Source: Paludibacteraceae bacterium
GTDB taxonomy: Bacteria; Bacteroidota; Bacteroidia; Bacteroidales; Paludibacteraceae
DNA: 64,000 nt
Assembly (NCBI GenBank): GCA_045641145.1
Contig: JAZUGJ010000073.1
Span: forward strand, 12,846 to 76,845
Direction of reading: 5' to 3'
The position numbers were made by a program, and so were the translations under genes. Each line of letters opens with the position of its first letter. The first letter of the stretch is position 1. The notes below the pieces were generated by a model. It was not told the DNA's origin and searched no databases. It saw only the letters and a program-made list of their open reading frames with translations. This document shows positions 59,635 through 64,000 of the stretch, in pieces.

Positions 59635-60063
59635 TTATATTGTTTCAAAATCGGCACTCTTTGTATCTGTGTTAGAAACATCGGATACCTCGATTTTCAA
59701 ACTGGCAATATTTGTCAACTCAATCCAACTACCCCACGACACAGAGACTCCGTTCTGTTTGCCAGAACGCCGATACATACGACCGCCGTCTGTTTCGATG
59801 GTTTGAACGATAACGCTACCGTTACCGAGCAGGTCATCGTTGTTCACACGAAAAGCGTCATCCGCAAAACTCAACGGAAGATTTTTAGTCGTGGTTTGTT
59901 TAGAGCCAACAAACATCGCTGGACTTTCGGTGAACTCGTTCATATCCTCTTTTGCACTGACCACCAATTTGTCCATTATACCAGACAATTCTGCTTTTGT
60001 ATCTGACAATTCTGCTTTCAGTTTTCGATACAAGCTGTTCGCCGCATCTTCGACAGGTATCAT
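59635..60063 (-). CDS. structural protein (hypothetical)
   Basis: 142-aa ORF between the tail-fibre N-terminal-domain gene and the giant fibre. Confidence 0.5.
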   Translation of the reverse strand: MIPVEDAANSLYRKLKAELSDTKAELSGIMDKLVVSAKEDMNEFTESPAMFVGSKQTTTKNLPLSFADDAFRVNNDDLLGNGSVIVQTIETDGGRMYRRSGKQNGVSVSWGSWIELTNIASLKIEVSDVSNTDTKSADFETI

Positions 60064-60149
60064 CTTCTCACCACCCTACCGCACAACGGTTTTTGTTTAT
60101 TATACATATAGGTTTAAAAAATTCAATGAAAACCGCACATCGCCGATTG

Positions 60150-60929
60150 TTAGTCCTTGAGCCATTCCAGTTTGGTTTCATCCACAACATCCGTTCCTGC
60201 GGAAAGAGCGATAAGTTTTCTCTGCATCGCCGTTATGATGTCAAGCATCTCGGACGCACTCATGTCCTCAAGTTTAGTGTCGATATTAAGGGAATGATTT
60301 GACACGGAATGGGACACCTTATCCCCGACACCATCCTCTATTTTCAATCCCAACTGTTCGAGGGTTGTTCTGTGCGGGTTCTTGTAGTCGGTCAAGTGCT
60401 TTTCCAGTACCTTACCGTACTTCTGTGTGGATTCGGCGTACAATTCGTCACGAACGCTCTGTGTGACCTCTGCCGCCCCGCTTGCGTACACATGGTATCT
60501 GAACCGCAACTCAAACACTTCGTTTCCTGCTGACGGTATCTTTATGCTTACGCCGTCATCCTTTTCGTACTTGCAATGCCCGTATGCGTACAGGATGTCC
60601 TCGTTCGGCGGTGAGCTTATGTCAATATCATTCGACTGTCCGATACTGCAATAGATGCCGACCTCTGTCCACTCGAACTCTTTCTCCATGAACTCGTTGG
60701 TGAAGATGGCGTTTATCTGGGCGTAATCCTCGTGTTCATCAACAGTAACGGAATCGACAGGCACGCTCACCTCCCACTTTCTTAAAGAAGTCGCTTTTGT
60801 CGGGTCGGTTTTCGCCTTTGAAATCGGAGATGCACCAGAACCCATAGCTATCTTTGTGAACACAAGAGGAGTGCCTGCGAGTGCCTTGACCATTGCGTTA
60901 AAACCCGCCTCCGTCATTACTGGTTTCAT
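60150..60929 (-). CDS. tail fibre protein with a P2 gpH-like N-terminal (DUF3751-type) domain
   Basis: MKPVMTEAGFNAMVKALAGTPLVFTKIAMGSG...WTEVGIY matches the M..iT.aG...la.a.....l.it.ia.G.G...irEiGl pattern as recalled. Confidence 0.5.
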   Translation of the reverse strand: MKPVMTEAGFNAMVKALAGTPLVFTKIAMGSGASPISKAKTDPTKATSLRKWEVSVPVDSVTVDEHEDYAQINAIFTNEFMEKEFEWTEVGIYCSIGQSNDIDISSPPNEDILYAYGHCKYEKDDGVSIKIPSAGNEVFELRFRYHVYASGAAEVTQSVRDELYAESTQKYGKVLEKHLTDYKNPHRTTLEQLGLKIEDGVGDKVSHSVSNHSLNIDTKLEDMSASEMLDIITAMQRKLIALSAGTDVVDETKLEWLKD

Positions 60930-60961
60930 TACCCTGCCCCCTTTCTGTTATTGATAATGCA

Positions 60962-61969
60962 TCAGCACCAGACAGCGACCTTTCCGCTATCCGATACAAG
61001 TATGTCGCCACGCACAAGGTTCTTTGGTGACTTGATTGCCGCACTCTCGCCGCCTCTTGGCACAAGAGCATCGCCGTTAGAACCACCAGTATACACTTCC
61101 ATGCATTTGTCAAGTGTATACTTGTACAAAGTTTTATAGATTGAGTTACCGCTCGTATCCGTATACCCTGTGAACTTTGCTGTTGTTGTTGAGTAGGTAA
61201 ACGACTTCGCCCCATCCACGGAGTTTCGGATATGAACAACCTTTATCGTTTCGTCTTTCAGAGCCTCTGCTGTATCAGCATCCAGCGTGTAGATGTCGCT
61301 TACATCAACCTCTTCAAAGTAAGGTTGATAATCGCATCGAACACTCACACCACCGTACACGGAACGCACAGCCTCGCTCTCGCCCCCGTTATAGAAAGCG
61401 GAAAGGAATGTATCAAGCGTACCATCCGTTGTCTCTGGGATGCTTAACGAAGAGTCCATCGCTCTGTCTGCTACGACAACGCTCTTGCCCTTAAAACTGA
61501 ACTTGTGATACCATATCTGCGTTACCATAAGCAGGTTGGTGTATAACGCACTCATGGGGCTTACCGTGCTTCCGTCCTTTACGGCATACGGATTCCATTT
61601 TTCTGGTAAAATTTTACCTTGAGAATACCACTTGCCATCGCTGTAGTTAAAAGAATCGCCCGCCCATTTATCGTAGTCGATGCCACTCGCATTTGCGATA
61701 AGGCGGCGCATATAAGATTTTCTGCTGACAGGAGATGACTGTGCAAGGCTCGTGTCAGCAGAACCGATATTCCCGTTACATATCATGTCTTGGTACGCAT
61801 CAGCGAGTTTGTCGCCTACGCTTGCGTCCGTAAAACGGTACACAGTCGTCCAGTTTCCATCGTACCATGAACTGGCACGGACTTCTTTGCCTGTCTGGTC
61901 GCCAGCGAACTTGAACTGGTCGGGTTCGCCGACTTCGCACAGCAGGTACATTGTTTCTGACATTTTCAA
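60962..61969 (-). CDS. baseplate/tail-associated protein (hypothetical)
   Basis: 335-aa ORF in the baseplate operon. No secure motif. Confidence 0.45.
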   Translation of the reverse strand: MKMSETMYLLCEVGEPDQFKFAGDQTGKEVRASSWYDGNWTTVYRFTDASVGDKLADAYQDMICNGNIGSADTSLAQSSPVSRKSYMRRLIANASGIDYDKWAGDSFNYSDGKWYSQGKILPEKWNPYAVKDGSTVSPMSALYTNLLMVTQIWYHKFSFKGKSVVVADRAMDSSLSIPETTDGTLDTFLSAFYNGGESEAVRSVYGGVSVRCDYQPYFEEVDVSDIYTLDADTAEALKDETIKVVHIRNSVDGAKSFTYSTTTAKFTGYTDTSGNSIYKTLYKYTLDKCMEVYTGGSNGDALVPRGGESAAIKSPKNLVRGDILVSDSGKVAVWC

Positions 61970-61978
61970 TCCCCCTTG

Positions 61979-62875
61979 TTATATCTCAACGAGGTGTTCA
62001 TCGCCGATAATCACATCACGCTCCTGCTCGGATTTATCAGCAGTTAGGATATTGGATGCCTCATTCGCATAGTAATCGTGAACGAGGTGCTTGTGTTCGT
62101 ATACATACAGGTCTCCGTCTGCATCGGCGAGGATGTTCCCGTTCTCGTCCACCAGCCATATATGACTTGCATTATTTTCATTCCAGCTACCGAAAGGCTC
62201 AACGGCACACTCGATGTCAATCAAATTCTTCGTCAGCATCTTGAAATATGTGTTGAAGTCCTCTGCCGTCCATATCCTATAGCGGATACCGATACCGCCG
62301 CCACGGGGAATTTTTGTTTCCACCATAGCGTTGATTTCCTGCGAGGTCGGCAACGGGTTATCATCAGAAGTTCCATCGCCGCTTTCCACGATGATTGCGG
62401 CTGGATGCTGGACTTCTTCTGTGATATGGAAACCGAGAATATCCCTGTCGTTTCTTGGCACGAAGTCACTTTCTTCACCCACACGACTAAAATACAAGCG
62501 GAGATACTTCAAGATGTCGCCGTATGTACTGCTACTGAAGTTCAGCATGATTTTGTAGTACAAAGCACGGCGGTAGAACGCATCGGATAAGTCACCCGTT
62601 CTGTTGAACATCCGCTTTGCCTCTGCCCTTGTCATAGCAACGATACTGCCGATGTAGTCAAGTTGTATTCCGCTTGTTGTAGAAAGCGTCCTGTGTATCA
62701 TAACGCTACACAGGAACGCCTTTACATCGTCCAGTTGCTTACCTATCGCATCGAGAAGAAACGCCGTCTTTTCCCGATTCTGGTACTGGTGGGGCATATC
62801 ATCGTGCAGAAGTTTTCCGTACTCTGATTGAAAATCAATAATCATCGCTCTCACCGTCTTCTTCTGGCTCTTCAC
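61979..62875 (-). CDS. baseplate protein, gpI/XkdU-like (DUF2313-type, putative)
   Basis: Lies directly after the baseplate J-like gene. KTAFLLDAIGKQLDDVKAF...GIQLDYIGSIVAMTR resembles that family. Confidence 0.45.
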   Translation of the reverse strand: MKSQKKTVRAMIIDFQSEYGKLLHDDMPHQYQNREKTAFLLDAIGKQLDDVKAFLCSVMIHRTLSTTSGIQLDYIGSIVAMTRAEAKRMFNRTGDLSDAFYRRALYYKIMLNFSSSTYGDILKYLRLYFSRVGEESDFVPRNDRDILGFHITEEVQHPAAIIVESGDGTSDDNPLPTSQEINAMVETKIPRGGGIGIRYRIWTAEDFNTYFKMLTKNLIDIECAVEPFGSWNENNASHIWLVDENGNILADADGDLYVYEHKHLVHDYYANEASNILTADKSEQERDVIIGDEHLVEI

Positions 62876-63953
62876 CCTCGACCGTAATCTTTATGTTATC
62901 GTCCGAGGTCACCGCTATCTCGTTGTAGTCGAAGTACAGGTTCTTATGTGTGGTGTACTCACGGGAAGTAACCTCGCTTGTAAGGTTGCCATCCTCATCC
63001 GTATCATAGAACTCGATAACATCCCTGTCCGTCCACATACGAACCTTGATGTAGTCGATACCGCTGACATTCTTATAGATGTCTGTCATAAACAAATCCT
63101 GCGGGATAACGCTCTCGCCCGAAGCGAGAGAGTTTACCTTTTTGATAATGATTTGCTTAATGACACCCTGCCAGCCATTGAGAGAAGTATCATACTCCGC
63201 TGTATTTGCATCAATCGCCTGTGAGCCATCGTCCAAAGGCGAAACCTCAACATCGAAGTTTACAATAATCTTCTTTGGTCTGTTGAAACGAATGGGAACT
63301 TCCTGCCCGCCGTCTGTTACAAACAACTCCACATCGCCGTATGTATTGATACCAGCGGCTTTTGTGTTGAATATCTGTACTGCAATCTCGTCCTCGTTGC
63401 CGCCCTGTACCACTGCCTCAACGCTGTGAGGCGGTCTGCCGTAGCTATCATAGAAGTCGGTTATATTTTCAAAAACACGACAGGAGATAACATTCGGGAC
63501 ATTGTTGAGGATTGCGCTTCGGATACTGTCACACATACGGTTGGAGTGCGAGAAGATTCTGTCGATGTAGGATTTGCGGAACTCCGTATCCGTTTCGGCA
63601 ACACTTCCGGGAATGTAGTTGCCGACATTCACCACGCTTTCCAAGCCAGACTCGTTTCCGTGAATAGCAGTAACAGAGCCATTCGGAAGATATATGTCGC
63701 CGTAATCCTCGGTCATGAAAGTGCATATCGTAGACATACGCTCCGTTGTAAGCTCTTTTGATAATGCGACCTTGTGGTTGCCTGTCGCCGTTTTCGCCGT
63801 GAGCAACAGGTAGTGGATTGTTTCACTTCCGTTCACCCTCGACTCGTACTTTGCGGTGAAGTAATCAGAACCCACTCCGCTTGCGTTTATCTGCTTCTCA
63901 AACTCCTCGAAAACATACTTTGCATCGGGGATACGACTGCTTTCCGTAATCAC
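62835..63953 (-). CDS. baseplate J-like protein
   Basis: GSVAETDTEFRKSYIDRIF...IRSAILNNVPNVISCRVFEN...PPHSVEAVVQGGNEDEIAVQIF fits the Baseplate_J pattern. The GTG start at 63953 overlaps an upstream TGA, though the frame stays open to the window edge. Confidence 0.7.
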   Translation of the reverse strand: MITESSRIPDAKYVFEEFEKQINASGVGSDYFTAKYESRVNGSETIHYLLLTAKTATGNHKVALSKELTTERMSTICTFMTEDYGDIYLPNGSVTAIHGNESGLESVVNVGNYIPGSVAETDTEFRKSYIDRIFSHSNRMCDSIRSAILNNVPNVISCRVFENITDFYDSYGRPPHSVEAVVQGGNEDEIAVQIFNTKAAGINTYGDVELFVTDGGQEVPIRFNRPKKIIVNFDVEVSPLDDGSQAIDANTAEYDTSLNGWQGVIKQIIIKKVNSLASGESVIPQDLFMTDIYKNVSGIDYIKVRMWTDRDVIEFYDTDEDGNLTSEVTSREYTTHKNLYFDYNEIAVTSDDNIKITVEGEEPEEDGESDDY

Positions 63954-64000
63954 CTTTCGGTACTGGATACCATCTTTCTCGTATATCTCCGTTGTTGTGG
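63950..64000 (-). CDS. 3' end of an upstream baseplate-operon gene (partial)
   Basis: One minus frame ends ...RKMVSSTER-TGA, overlapping the GTG of the J-like gene. Too short to identify. Confidence 0.25.
   Translation of the reverse strand, partial: PQQRRYTRKMVSSTER

Overview
This 64-kb window reads as part of a large tailed dsDNA phage or prophage of a Gram-positive, Clostridia-like host. All homology calls below come from motif recognition by eye. No database search, alignment or RNA folding was run.

Layout:
- 1-5971 (+): early operons driven by near-consensus extended -10 promoters (TTGACA-17-TGnTAYAAT).
- 6076-21477 (-): a long block of small accessory genes plus nucleotide metabolism (dcd, MazG-like, thyX), a MazF-like toxin, RecD2 helicase and HU.
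- 22225-30690 (-): nrdG, anti-restriction-like genes and a CRISPR module.
- 31007-35516 (-): lysis cassette, including an amidase endolysin interrupted by a LAGLIDADG intein, and a holin.
- 35555-63953 (-): a very large tail-fibre and baseplate region, with a small plus-strand island at 47853-49569.

The main signal is CRISPR-derived:
1. A minus-strand array of 6 repeats (24410-24775) carries type I-C-like repeats (GTCGCACCCC-loop-GGGGTGCGTGGATTAAAAC).
2. Directly upstream of the array sit a Cas8c/Csd1-like gene that stops where the canonical small-subunit domain would begin, and a separate 83-aa ORF that may be that missing piece. No cas3, cas5, cas7, cas1, cas2 or cas4 is visible in the window.
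3. About ten further solitary copies of the same repeat are scattered over 30 kb. Most lie in sense orientation 15-33 nt upstream of start codons, in 5' UTRs or intercistronic gaps. Two others are the sole content of self-contained promoter-repeat-terminator units.

Other points of interest are a non-canonical intein placed at the zinc-ligand Cys of the endolysin, an ADP-ribosylglycohydrolase, several expanded paralog families, and an unusually large receptor-binding arsenal.
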